NCBI GenBank assembly: GCA_934778215.1
Contig: CAKVOE010000002.1
Location: forward strand, 383,069-447,068
Source: an uncultured Clostridia bacterium
Lineage (GTDB): Bacteria; Bacillota; Clostridia; Christensenellales; UBA1242
Direction: 5' to 3'
Length of the DNA: 64,000 nt
This document shows positions 1-9,939 of the stretch, piece after piece. The translations under genes and the position numbers were made by a program. Under the pieces are notes generated by a model, which was not told the DNA's origin, did not search any database, and saw only the letters and a list, made by a program, of their open reading frames with translations. Position 1 is the stretch's first letter; each line of letters starts with the position of its first letter.

Positions 1-1
1 A

Positions 2-1066
2 AAATTTATAAATGTAACAAATGGGGTAACTCATAGGCGTTGGCTTAGTATGTCTAATCCCGATTTAAACGAACTTATTACATCACTCATTGGTGAAGAA
101 TATTATTTAAAGCCCGAAAAATTAAAGGAATTAGACAACTATGTTGGCGATGAAAGGGTGGTAGAAGAACTCCAAAAAATTAAAACCTTAAACAAGGTAG
201 AGTTTGCTAGATATTTATTAAAAACACAGGGAGTAATTATAAATCCAAATTCTAGGTTTGATGTACAAGTTAAGCGTATACATGAATACAAGCGTCAGCT
301 TTTAAATGTGCTAAAAATTATTTATTTGTATAGCGAGTTAAAGGAAAATCCTTCTAAAACAGTAACCCCACAAACATTTATTTTTGCCGGAAAGGCAGCA
401 AGTGGGTACTATATGGCAAAGCGAATAATAAAACTTATTTATTGTTTGGGTCAAGATATTGAACAAAACAAGCAAATTGCAAAAAAACTAAAAGTAGTAT
501 TTGTAGAAAATTATAGCGTTTCGCTTGCAGAAGTTTTAATGCCAGCAACTGATGTAACCGAACAAATTTCGCTTGCAGGAAGGGAAGCGAGTGGAACGGG
601 CAATATGAAGGCGGTTATGAATGGTGCCATGATGCTACACACTGCCGATGGCGCAAATATAGAGATAGCCGAAAAGTGTGGAGAGAAGAATTCATTTGCT
701 TTTGGGTTAACGCCAAATCAAGTTGAAGAAATTTGGAAAAAAGGCTACGATGCACAAGGATATTATAACAACAGCCCAAAAATACAAAAGGTAATAGCGT
801 TGTTAAGGCGAGGGTTTAATGGCGAGAGTTTTGCAGATATAGCATCATATTTATTGGGACAGTCTGCAACCCGAGATATTTATATGTGTCTTGCCGACTT
901 TGACAGTTATATAGAAGCACACGAGCAAATGGATAAAATTTATAAAAACAAAAAGAATTGGTTCTCTAAAACCTTGCACAATATTTCTTGCATGGGCTAT
1001 TTCTCGTCAGATAGGTCAATAGATGATTATGTTAATAAGGTTTGGAAATTAAAAAGGATAAATTAA
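2..1066 (+). CDS. glgP: Glycogen/maltodextrin phosphorylase, C-terminal part (5' end outside window)
   Basis: Frame open from nt 2 (KFINVTNGVTHRRWL); GT35 hallmarks KRIHEYKRQLLN and PLP-lysine motif EASGTGNMK. Confidence 0.9.
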   Translation, partial: KFINVTNGVTHRRWLSMSNPDLNELITSLIGEEYYLKPEKLKELDNYVGDERVVEELQKIKTLNKVEFARYLLKTQGVIINPNSRFDVQVKRIHEYKRQLLNVLKIIYLYSELKENPSKTVTPQTFIFAGKAASGYYMAKRIIKLIYCLGQDIEQNKQIAKKLKVVFVENYSVSLAEVLMPATDVTEQISLAGREASGTGNMKAVMNGAMMLHTADGANIEIAEKCGEKNSFAFGLTPNQVEEIWKKGYDAQGYYNNSPKIQKVIALLRRGFNGESFADIASYLLGQSATRDIYMCLADFDSYIEAHEQMDKIYKNKKNWFSKTLHNISCMGYFSSDRSIDDYVNKVWKLKRIN

Positions 1067-1070
1067 TTTA

Positions 1071-2858
1071 ATGTGTAATTTTAAGTTTGATTTACTTACA
1101 GATAAAGAGCCGGTTGGGTCTATAGAGTGTGGAAAACCCATGACCTATTATTTTCGTGTTGCACAAAATGTGTATGTCGAAAAAGTGGTTTTTTCAAGGG
1201 TGTTAGATGGCACCTTTGATTGGGTAGAAAGCGAAATGGTTTTTGATAGTTTCAAAGATGGATATAAAGTATACAAAGCCACAGTCACCTTTGGCAAAGC
1301 TGGCTTATATTGGTACAATTTTAAGGTTGTAAGCAATCAAACTATCATTGTTCAGCAAGGAAGGGAAGAAAATTCGTTAGAAACTTCGCTTGAACCAAAC
1401 AACAGTTTTTCGCAAATTGTAACCGACAAAAAGGTGGTTATGCAATTGCAAGAAATTGGCGGGGTAATCTATCATATTTTTGTAGATAGATTTGCTCGAA
1501 GTGGTAAGGTTTCTTCAAGAAGCAGTTTAACACTAAAACAAAATTGGTTCGATCCAATGACCGAAACGGAAGATTACTCTGTTATAAATAAAGAGTGTTA
1601 TGGCGGAAATTTAAGAGGAATTATAGAAAAATTAGACTATATAAAAAGTTTAAATACAACGGTTATCTTTTTAAGTCCAATTTTTTATGCAGAAAGTTAT
1701 CATAAATACAACACGGCAAATTTCGAATTAATTGACCCAATGTTCGGCAAGTTGTCCGACCTTGAAGAACTTATCAAAAAGGCAAAAGAAAGGGGAATGC
1801 GGGTCATTTTAGACGGTGTTTTTAACCATGTTGGCGGTGATTCGAAATATTTTAATAAATTAGGTAGATTTGTAGAGGTTGGGGCCTACCAATCACTAAA
1901 ATCTAAATATGTAGACTGGTTTAACTTTTACGATTGGCCAGATTCTTATGAAAAGTGGTGGGGTGTTCCAACCCTTCCATGTATGAACGAAAGCAACAAA
2001 GACTATCGCAGGTACATTTGCGGAAAAAATGGAATTATAGAAAGGTATATGAAGTTGGGTCTTGGTGGGTTTAGACTAGATGTGGTAGACGAACTTACAG
2101 ATAGTTTTTTAACGGAAATATGCCAAAAAATTTATTCTATGAACAAAGAAGCGCTAATAATAGGAGAAGTTTGGGAAGACGCCGCCAAAAAGGTATCGTA
2201 TGACCACAGAAGACAATATTTTTGGGGACATCAACTTAATAGCGTAACAAATTATCCGCTTCGAAACGCCATACTCGAATATCTTAAAACGGGCAGTTGC
2301 AATGAACTTATTAATTGTATGAGCATAGTAAAGGACGATTATCCAAAATTTGTGCAATACAATTTAATGAATTTAATTGGCTCGCATGATACTTCAAGAA
2401 TAGCGAACGAAATAGAAAAAATTGATAGTACTCACACAAAAGAACTAACAAAAATGGCAACGCTATTAGAATATAGTTTTATTGGTATACCAACTATTTA
2501 TTATGGCGATGAGGTGGGAACAAAGAACATAAAAGGGAACATCAGTCGAACGCCATATCCTTGGGGAAAGGAAGACAAAAGTCTGCTTTATTGGTATAAA
2601 AGATTAGGTGAGCTAAGAAGTTTAAAATCGGTAGTTAAGGGTAGTTATTCAATAGAAGAAAACGAGGGCGGAGTAGTAGTAATATTGCGTCAATATGAAG
2701 AAGAACGGGTTTATATTGTGCTAAATCATAGCGACAATGAGTACAAACTTATATTAGATGAAAAATACACCGAAATTGTCACGGGAACAACCGCTCCCAA
2801 AAAGACATTTACCGTTCCACCAATGGGCGTTTTAGTTGTAAAAAATTATCTAAAATAA
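1071..2858 (+). CDS. GH13 alpha-amylase family enzyme (neopullulanase/cyclomaltodextrinase-like)
   Basis: GH13 conserved regions DGVFNHVG, GFRLDVVDE, EVWED, NLIGSHDT; starts 4 nt after glgP stop. Confidence 0.85.
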   Translation: MCNFKFDLLTDKEPVGSIECGKPMTYYFRVAQNVYVEKVVFSRVLDGTFDWVESEMVFDSFKDGYKVYKATVTFGKAGLYWYNFKVVSNQTIIVQQGREENSLETSLEPNNSFSQIVTDKKVVMQLQEIGGVIYHIFVDRFARSGKVSSRSSLTLKQNWFDPMTETEDYSVINKECYGGNLRGIIEKLDYIKSLNTTVIFLSPIFYAESYHKYNTANFELIDPMFGKLSDLEELIKKAKERGMRVILDGVFNHVGGDSKYFNKLGRFVEVGAYQSLKSKYVDWFNFYDWPDSYEKWWGVPTLPCMNESNKDYRRYICGKNGIIERYMKLGLGGFRLDVVDELTDSFLTEICQKIYSMNKEALIIGEVWEDAAKKVSYDHRRQYFWGHQLNSVTNYPLRNAILEYLKTGSCNELINCMSIVKDDYPKFVQYNLMNLIGSHDTSRIANEIEKIDSTHTKELTKMATLLEYSFIGIPTIYYGDEVGTKNIKGNISRTPYPWGKEDKSLLYWYKRLGELRSLKSVVKGSYSIEENEGGVVVILRQYEEERVYIVLNHSDNEYKLILDEKYTEIVTGTTAPKKTFTVPPMGVLVVKNYLK

Positions 2859-2863
2859 AACAA

Positions 2864-2897
2864 AACATCAATTCCTTTATGGGAGTTGATGTTTTTT
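2864..2897. terminator. Rho-independent terminator between convergent genes
   Basis: Hairpin AACATCAA-N14-TTGATGTT followed by T-run. Confidence 0.6.
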
Positions 2898-2920
2898 ATA
2901 AAACTTTAAATATTTTTTGG

Positions 2921-3346
2921 TTATTGCATTGATTTTAGCACATCAGATACAAGTTTCATATCTACTGAGCCGTTATAGTTTTGTTTAAAGTGTTTCATAA
3001 CGCTAGGTGTAGATTTGTCTTTTAGTCCTTCAATAATTTCTTTTATCTCTTTTTCGGATAGCATTTTTGGCAAATAAACTTCCAAAATTGCTTTTTGCTC
3101 AGCAATATTTTTTACTTGTTCGGTATTGCCAGCAAGTTCATAATTGGCTTGCTCTTCGTTTAATTCTTTTATAGTTTTAGAAATAATTTTTACCATGTCT
3201 GCATCGGTTACCGTTCCGCCAGATGAGCGGGCTTCTACGCTTGCCAAAAGGTGCTTGTTCATAATAATGCTATAAATTGTTCTTGCGTTTTTGTTTTTGT
3301 CTTTAATGGCTTGAATGTTTGCCGTTTTAATTGTGTCAATAATCAT
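2921..3346 (-). CDS. GatB/YqeY domain protein
   Basis: MIIDTIKTANIQAIKDKNKNAR... typical YqeY N-terminus. Start moved to ATG 3346, preceded by GGAGAGAAAA SD; the upstream ORF extension is hydrophobic junk. Confidence 0.75.
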   Translation of the reverse strand: MIIDTIKTANIQAIKDKNKNARTIYSIIMNKHLLASVEARSSGGTVTDADMVKIISKTIKELNEEQANYELAGNTEQVKNIAEQKAILEVYLPKMLSEKEIKEIIEGLKDKSTPSVMKHFKQNYNGSVDMKLVSDVLKSMQ

Positions 3347-3529
3347 ATAGTTTTCTCTCCTTAAACTGTTTTTAGTATAGCACAATTTGTAATAAAATAA
3401 AAGCGTTTTTGCCATTATTATAAATAAACTTATTCCAAAAAAATTTAACTGTTGTTTCACAGCAAAATGGTTGAGTTGAGTATAATTATTGTGATATAAT
3501 CTTTTGGTAATTTAGGGGAGAAAGTTTTT

Positions 3530-6301
3530 ATGTTGGAACTAAGAGATATTACTAAGGTTTACGAAACAAAAGACCTTAGGGTAGAGGCGTTAAAGGGTAT
3601 AAATATTCAATTTCGAGAAAGTGAGTTTGTATCCATTTTGGGTCCGTCCGGTTGCGGAAAAACGACCTTTTTAAACATTGTGGGCGGACTAGATAAATAT
3701 ACCTCAGGCGACCTAATAATAAATGGCAAAAGCACCAAAAATTTTAATGATAGAGATTGGGACGCTTATAGAAATCATACCATAGGATTTGTCTTTCAAA
3801 GTTATAACCTAATTCCGCATCAAACGGTATTGCAAAATGTAGAATTGGCATTAACTCTTTCAGGTATTAGTGGCGAAGAGCGAAAACAGCGAGCCATTGA
3901 AGCGTTAGAAAAGGTTGGGTTAAAGGACAAAATAAAAAGCAAGCCAAATCAACTTTCGGGCGGGCAGATGCAAAGGGTGGCAATAGCAAGAGCGTTGGTA
4001 AATAACCCAGATATAGTTTTGGCAGATGAACCAACAGGGGCATTAGATAGCAAAACAAGTGTTCAGGTTATGGAATTGTTACGCCAAATAGCAAAAGAAA
4101 AATTAGTCATTATGGTTACGCATAATCCGAGCCTTGCCGACCAGTACAGTACTCGAATAGTTAAATTTTTAGACGGCGAATTGGTAGACGACAGCAATCC
4201 TCTTTCGGAGTTTGAAAAGGAGTTGATTCAAAAAAGAGAGGTTGAACCATCAGCTCCCCAATTAGACTCAAACACAAAAAAGATCAAAAAGGAAAAGGTC
4301 TTTAAAAAGACATCAATGTCATTTTTTACTGCCATGGGGTTATCTTTTAAAAACCTTTTAACAAAAAAGACCCGAACATTATTGGTTGCAATTGCTGGCA
4401 GTATAGGAATTTTTGGAATAGCATTAATATTGGCTCTTTCTAACGGGTTTCAAGCGTATATTAATAAAACACAAGAAGACACGCTGTCTAGTTATCCATT
4501 AACAATAACTCGAAGCAATACCGATGTTACAAGTATAATGCTATCAATATTTACACAAAAGAACGAAATAATTCATGATGATGACGCTGTATATGGCGGA
4601 GATACAATGTCGGGATTGTTTGAAACGGCGTCAAAACAACTTTCAAAAATGAACGACTTAAACGCTTTTAAACAATATTTAGAGGAGCATAAATCAGAAC
4701 TGGGCGAAAATTTAAGTGCCATTCAATACACTTACGAGTTGGGTCTTTCGAGCGGGTTAAGTATGAATTTAATGGGGGGATCGAAAGCGGGAAAGTCTAA
4801 TAGTTTGTTGGATATTCATTTGCCAGACGGTTACCAAGTAAAGCCAGAATCTAGTGCATTATACGACCTAATAATTATGTATGCTGTAGTATATTTAGAA
4901 AGTGAGTTTCCTATGCAAATAGAGGCATCTGGAAACAACTTTAATATCACAATAACAGATGCAACCGATAAAAAATATTCTAAAGAGTATGCTATTGAGT
5001 TTTTGTGTGGTTATATAGAACTTGCAAAAGACTCAATAAATAAACCCGAAGAGAAAAAACTTTCGGTTTTATCACAAAACAAGGCAGATTTTACCAAAAA
5101 AGAGTTTAATGCCATTATTGGTAAGGCTATGGGAATAAATTTGGATTCTTATGAGAAGACCGATTTAAACGTATTTACCGAAATGATAGATAATTTAACA
5201 TTGTTAAAAACGCAATATCAGTTGCTCGGCAATAACAGTAGGTGGGCTACCGAAAGCGATGAAACGATGCTGGTTTTAAACGCAAACTCTGAGTTAGACG
5301 ACTACATTTTATACGCGTTGGGTCTTTATTCTACCGAAGATATGAACAATCATCTAAAAAGCCTTTTTACAGACAACAAAAGCACCATCAAAATTAATTA
5401 TGACGATATAATTGGCAAAGAGTTTAAAATTTTATTAAAAACTGACTATTATGTAGATATAAATGGAAGTGGCGAGTGTGTAGATATAAGAACATTAAAA
5501 GAGTCCGAAAGGGCGGAAGACAGAGAAATCTTTGCCACAGAGTTCAAAAAGCTTTTAGAGGATAAAAACAAGGGCAAAACCATAAAAATTGTGGGTATTG
5601 CAAGACTAAATGACAGTTCTACCGCCGGACCATTAAGCACGGGCATTTGTTACACCGACAAACTTACCAACGAGTTAATAGACAAATACAACAGCGCCTC
5701 AGTCGTTCAAAGCGGTACGGTGCAACCGATTAGCAAAACACCCGTTTCAATCAGTTTTTATGCGTCTACTTTTGAAGCAAAGGAAAAAATAGAGAACTTT
5801 ATAAAGGCGTATAATGATGGGGTAGAAGAGGAAAAGAAGATTGAATATACCGATTATGTTGGATTGATGATGGGTGCAATTTCTACCATAATATCAGCAA
5901 TAAGTTATGTGCTAATTGCCTTTGTTTCGGTATCGCTAATTGTTTCTTCAATTATGATAGGAATAATTACATATATTTCGGTGCTAGAAAGAATAAAAGA
6001 AATTGGCATTTTAAGAGCGGTTGGAGCAAGCAAGAGAGATATAAAAAGAGTATTTACTTCCGAAACGCTAATTATAGGTCTAATTGCAGGACTTATTGGC
6101 GTGTTGTTTGCAGGAATTTGCACAATTCCTATAAATTTAGTTATTAACAACCTTGCAGATATCAAAAATGTCGCAAAATTGCCTATATTAGGTGCGGTTA
6201 TACTTGTTGCTATAAGTATGTTCCTAACATTTGTTGCGGGGCTAATTCCTGCAAAAATTGCGTCAAAAAAGGACCCGGTTATAGCACTAAGGTCAGAATA
6301 A
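3530..6301 (+). CDS. Fused ABC transporter ATPase + FtsX-type permease (MacB-like)
   Basis: Walker A GPSGCGKTT, signature LSGGQMQR, Walker [12 protein letters not shown]. Long extracytoplasmic region, then C-terminal FtsX-like TM bundle. Confidence 0.85.
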   Translation: MLELRDITKVYETKDLRVEALKGINIQFRESEFVSILGPSGCGKTTFLNIVGGLDKYTSGDLIINGKSTKNFNDRDWDAYRNHTIGFVFQSYNLIPHQTVLQNVELALTLSGISGEERKQRAIEALEKVGLKDKIKSKPNQLSGGQMQRVAIARALVNNPDIVLADEPTGALDSKTSVQVMELLRQIAKEKLVIMVTHNPSLADQYSTRIVKFLDGELVDDSNPLSEFEKELIQKREVEPSAPQLDSNTKKIKKEKVFKKTSMSFFTAMGLSFKNLLTKKTRTLLVAIAGSIGIFGIALILALSNGFQAYINKTQEDTLSSYPLTITRSNTDVTSIMLSIFTQKNEIIHDDDAVYGGDTMSGLFETASKQLSKMNDLNAFKQYLEEHKSELGENLSAIQYTYELGLSSGLSMNLMGGSKAGKSNSLLDIHLPDGYQVKPESSALYDLIIMYAVVYLESEFPMQIEASGNNFNITITDATDKKYSKEYAIEFLCGYIELAKDSINKPEEKKLSVLSQNKADFTKKEFNAIIGKAMGINLDSYEKTDLNVFTEMIDNLTLLKTQYQLLGNNSRWATESDETMLVLNANSELDDYILYALGLYSTEDMNNHLKSLFTDNKSTIKINYDDIIGKEFKILLKTDYYVDINGSGECVDIRTLKESERAEDREIFATEFKKLLEDKNKGKTIKIVGIARLNDSSTAGPLSTGICYTDKLTNELIDKYNSASVVQSGTVQPISKTPVSISFYASTFEAKEKIENFIKAYNDGVEEEKKIEYTDYVGLMMGAISTIISAISYVLIAFVSVSLIVSSIMIGIITYISVLERIKEIGILRAVGASKRDIKRVFTSETLIIGLIAGLIGVLFAGICTIPINLVINNLADIKNVAKLPILGAVILVAISMFLTFVAGLIPAKIASKKDPVIALRSE

Positions 6302-6332
6302 AACAACCCTCATCACCAAAATTACAAAAAAT

Positions 6333-6364
6333 AAGAATTCACCAGCCAAGCTGGTGAATTCTTC
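6333..6364. terminator. Bidirectional terminator (ABC transporter / former tRNA-Arg 3' flank)
   Basis: Perfect hairpin AAGAATTCACCAGC-CAA-GCTGGTGAATTCTT. Confidence 0.6.
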
Positions 6365-6373
6365 TTTGAAAAT

Positions 6374-6417
6374 TGGTGTGAATAGGCAGATTCGAACTGC
6401 CGGCCTATCGCTTAGGA
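6374..6417 (-). repeat. 3' half of tRNA-Arg(CCU) (att-site copy)
   Basis: TCCTAAGCGATAGGCCGGCAGTTCGAATCTGCCTATTCACACCA on minus strand; 2 mismatches to the intact tRNA, break in the anticodon loop. Confidence 0.85.
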
Positions 6418-6601
6418 GCAATGGAAAATTATAAAATTAGCGTGTTTATAATCAAAAATCGCAATTATTGTGAAAATTGTAGTCAAAATTGTGTATTAAC
6501 ATCGCTAATCTGCCTAATTTTTGCATTCTAAATACAAAACCTTTGGAATCTACGGTGCACAAATGGTGCACTTTTAAGAGATTTTATGGTTTGGGTGCAT
6601 T

Positions 6602-7294
6602 TCACACATTTTTATCATTAAATGAGTTGATATTTTCTAGATAAATTTCGTGCATATCCATCGCATATTGATCAACATCTTTTACTTTATCATATTTGGC
6701 TAACATTGCCTTATAATGTTCATGTATTATTTTATCGTAGTCATGGTAGAATTTTTCTATCAAAAGAATATTTTCTGTGGCAAAATCCATTATTGGCAAA
6801 GCAAAGAAATATTTAAAATAACGCTGAAATGCAATATTCTCAGGTTTATTTGGATGTAATTCATCATATTTCAATAAAGTATAATTTGCAATTAGTAAAT
6901 CTTCTTCGTCTCCATCGCTAAACAGGTTACCCGATCCGATCTTAAAGTGAAACACATGCTGCAAATAGTTTCGCATACCAAGTAAAATTAAATACCACTC
7001 ATTATTAAATAACGAGTCAACAGTCTTTTTATATTTTTTACTTTTGATATAATTTGTATTCAAATCTTTTTCAAAAGATTTTATATATTGTTTTAGAATA
7101 GAAGAAGTCAAAATAAAATTGTTAAATGCATATTCAACTTCTTTATATTCAATATCTTCAATTTTTTCTCTTACTTTGTAAATGGAATCTAAGGCAAAAT
7201 AATTATATCTAATATTGGTCATTAAGTGACTTAAAGCATTTAATCCTTTTATTATCTTTGCACATTGAAAATTTGATTTATCATTTGTTTTCAT
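6602..7294 (-). CDS. Hypothetical protein with HEPN-like RNxxxH motif
   Basis: Long ORF; motif GMRNYLQHVFH (R-N-x3-H); first ATG at 7294, no clear SD. Confidence 0.5.
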   Translation of the reverse strand: MKTNDKSNFQCAKIIKGLNALSHLMTNIRYNYFALDSIYKVREKIEDIEYKEVEYAFNNFILTSSILKQYIKSFEKDLNTNYIKSKKYKKTVDSLFNNEWYLILLGMRNYLQHVFHFKIGSGNLFSDGDEEDLLIANYTLLKYDELHPNKPENIAFQRYFKYFFALPIMDFATENILLIEKFYHDYDKIIHEHYKAMLAKYDKVKDVDQYAMDMHEIYLENINSFNDKNV

Positions 7295-7338
7295 AGAATT
7301 AGTATAACATAAATACAGCAAAAATGCTTATAATTTAA

Positions 7339-7593
7339 CTAAGATTGAAACAATTTCTTACAAACCCTATAAGTAATTTCAACAACATGGTCAATTTCAA
7401 GGTTATGAAGTTGACCTTTTTCTATGTCTAAATTAAAATACTCTCGCCATTTTTCTTTTGAAAAGCCTTTAACAAAAGTGTCTTCAAGTTCACAAATCTT
7501 GTTTAATTGCAATTGCATTTCAGCAGACATTTTCTCACTTTCTAGAATATCTCTTACTAGTCGTAAAACGTGGTTCAACTTTTTCACCTCCAT
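7339..7593 (-). CDS. Small helical hypothetical protein (84 aa)
   Basis: ATG preceded by GGAGG-like sequence. Its C-terminal part has a diverged copy at 22262..22365 (+). Confidence 0.55.
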   Translation of the reverse strand: MEVKKLNHVLRLVRDILESEKMSAEMQLQLNKICELEDTFVKGFSKEKWREYFNLDIEKGQLHNLEIDHVVEITYRVCKKLFQS

Positions 7594-8014
7594 TTGAAAT
7601 TATAGAAACATATTTGGCATAATCTTCGCCGTCGCTGTACACCAGGAGCATAATATCACTCTGTAAACAGCAAAACATTAACACATGGAAATAACCTTTG
7701 CTATCAATATACATTTCTTCTTTATGTAACGCTATATTGGGATCATCTTCTAACAAGTATTCACGTAAATGGAGGAAGGGATATTTAGCCAAATATATGA
7801 CTCTTTCAACTACATACTTGTCTTCAAAACCATCACACTTATCAATCTTGTTCCTTGTTAATCTTGCATTAGTAATATCACAAACAAATCCCGCCTCCAT
7901 AGCCCACCTCCTTGGCGTTTGTGTTTTACCGTAAATAAATTTCTTTTGCAAGTCATTTTGAGAAATATACGATTTGCTCCAGAAAGTTGTATAAAACTCA
8001 ATTATCTGGAGCAA
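7535..8014 (-). CDS. Hypothetical protein (about 159 aa, start uncertain)
   Basis: ORF only; listed start is TTG; 3' end overlaps the next gene by 59 nt in another frame. Confidence 0.4.
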   Translation of the reverse strand: MLQIIEFYTTFWSKSYISQNDLQKKFIYGKTQTPRRWAMEAGFVCDITNARLTRNKIDKCDGFEDKYVVERVIYLAKYPFLHLREYLLEDDPNIALHKEEMYIDSKGYFHVLMFCCLQSDIMLLVYSDGEDYAKYVSIISNGGEKVEPRFTTSKRYSRK

Positions 8015-8127
8015 ATAAGCATAAAAATTATATGTTTTTCTCCAGAAAATACAGTTTTATTGCATTAACTGGAGAGAATAATTTTTCACCACATTTTCTA
8101 AGGAAAAATATTTTTCTTATAAAATAT

Positions 8128-8167
8128 TGTAAATTAAATACAATTTACAGATTTTTTATGTTATAAT
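8128..8167 (+). promoter_or_regulatory. Extended -10 promoter with overlapping palindromic operator
   Basis: TGTAAATT-N6-AATTTACA perfect inverted repeat (8128..8149) followed by TGtTATAAT (8159..8167), upstream of the T5orf172/PrrC-like/hsd operon. Confidence 0.5.
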
Positions 8168-8188
8168 TGTCATAGATTGGAGGTCTTT

Positions 8189-8863
8189 ATGGAAGAAACT
8201 GCTGGATATATTTACATTTTAACAAACCCATCTTTCCCGGAATATGTGAAAATTGGTTATGCAAGTGATGTTGATGAAAGATTAACACAACTAAATAGAA
8301 GTGAATGCATTCCTTTTTCTTTCCAGGTATATGCAACTTATAAAGTAGCTGAGCGTTTAACTGATAAAAAAGTCCATGCAATAATTGATAGATTTAACCC
8401 AGGGTTAAGAGCAATTGAAAATAATAATGGTAAACAACGCAAAAGAGAGTTTTATATTATGAGTGCTGAAGATGCATATCAAACGCTAGAAGACATTGCA
8501 TCGATAAATGGTCTATTGAAGAACTTAAAACGCATTGCTCCAACTCAGGAACAGAGAAAACAAACAAAAGAAGCTGTTGAGATTAAAAGACACTATGAAA
8601 GGACTAGGAAAAAACTTACATTTTCTGAATATGGAATTCCAATTGGCTCTGAGCTTGTTTATACAAAAGATCCAACAATAAAATGTATAGTTATATCTGA
8701 AACAAAAGTTGAATATGAAGGGAAACAATATTCTCTGAGTGGATTAGCTGGAGAATTGAATGTGCAACGTGGCAGCAAAAATAGACATGTTGCAGGGACT
8801 GATGTTTTTACATATAATGGTGAAATCCTATCAATGGAATTAAGAACAAGATTAGGTATATAA
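8189..8863 (+). CDS. GIY-YIG / T5orf172-domain protein
   Basis: GYIYILTNPSFPEYVKIGYASDVDERLTQLN is the T5orf172-type GIY-YIG core; ATG 8189 lies 5 nt after GGAGG. Confidence 0.7.
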   Translation: MEETAGYIYILTNPSFPEYVKIGYASDVDERLTQLNRSECIPFSFQVYATYKVAERLTDKKVHAIIDRFNPGLRAIENNNGKQRKREFYIMSAEDAYQTLEDIASINGLLKNLKRIAPTQEQRKQTKEAVEIKRHYERTRKKLTFSEYGIPIGSELVYTKDPTIKCIVISETKVEYEGKQYSLSGLAGELNVQRGSKNRHVAGTDVFTYNGEILSMELRTRLGI

Positions 8864-8865
8864 TT

Positions 8866-9930
8866 ATGAGCGAAATAATAGGTTTTGAAAATATTGCAAC
8901 CCATATAAAAAATGATCTTGATTCTGATAAAGATGTGCTTTTGTATGCTTTCAATGCAACAGGAAAAACAAGACTGTCTTGTACTTTTGAAAATGATGAA
9001 AATATAAAATCTCTTAGTTATAATGCAATTGTTGAAGATTATTTTACATGGGATAATGAAGAAAAGGTTATGTCAATTTTAACAAATACATGGCTTTTTA
9101 ACTTTATTAAGGATGAGTACTTAGAAAAAGATATTTTATTTTATTTTAATAAATTTACAGATGTCAAAATTGAACCTTTAATTGATTTTGATACTGGTAA
9201 TGTACAATTTTTACTGCCTGACGAAAATGGTAATAGGATTGCTGTTAAGATTTCAAAAGGTGAAGAAACTTTATTTAAATGGTCGGTTTTTTACGCTGCA
9301 TTAAAGCAAGCTGTTGATATATTAAGTGAAAAACAAGAAGATAGATCAACTGAAGAGTTCAATAATTTGAAATACATAATAATTGATGATCCGATGTCGT
9401 CATTAGATGAATTTAAAATTTATACTTTGTCAATGCAGCTCATTAAATTAATCCAATACGTACATGAAAAAGAAATAGACATTAAATTTTTGATTACAAC
9501 ACACCATGTTATGTTTTATAATATACTTTTTAACACACTAAGAAATAGAAATCCAAAATGTCTATTTTACATAATGCAAAATATTGATCAAAATATTTAT
9601 CTTAAAAATCTTGGGACTAGAACCCCAATATCATATCACCTAAAATCACTTGCCGAAATAAAAAAGGCATTTAATACGAATACAATAAGAAAGAATCATT
9701 TTAACATTTTTAGAAGTGTTATAGAAAAAAGTTCAATATTTTTGGGCTATTCTAATTGGCAAGATTTATTTGCAAATTATGATCACAAAGAAGATTTGAA
9801 TAAAATAGTAAATATGAATAGTCATGAACGATACATGGATTTAGAAACAGAATACCTAACAAATGAACAAATAAATATTTTTAAAGATGGCTTTGACTAT
9901 TTCATTAATACATATAAAATAAAATTATAG
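8866..9930 (+). CDS. PrrC/RloC-like ABC-type ATPase, candidate anticodon nuclease
   Basis: Walker A AFNATGKT, signature-like SKGEE, Walker B IIIDDPMSSLD (AAA_13/PrrC style). C-terminal FRSVIE...NSH (R-x3-E, His 33 aa later). Translationally linked to neighbours in a type I R-M operon. Confidence 0.6.
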   Translation: MSEIIGFENIATHIKNDLDSDKDVLLYAFNATGKTRLSCTFENDENIKSLSYNAIVEDYFTWDNEEKVMSILTNTWLFNFIKDEYLEKDILFYFNKFTDVKIEPLIDFDTGNVQFLLPDENGNRIAVKISKGEETLFKWSVFYAALKQAVDILSEKQEDRSTEEFNNLKYIIIDDPMSSLDEFKIYTLSMQLIKLIQYVHEKEIDIKFLITTHHVMFYNILFNTLRNRNPKCLFYIMQNIDQNIYLKNLGTRTPISYHLKSLAEIKKAFNTNTIRKNHFNIFRSVIEKSSIFLGYSNWQDLFANYDHKEDLNKIVNMNSHERYMDLETEYLTNEQINIFKDGFDYFINTYKIKL

Positions 9931-9939
9931 GAGTAAACA

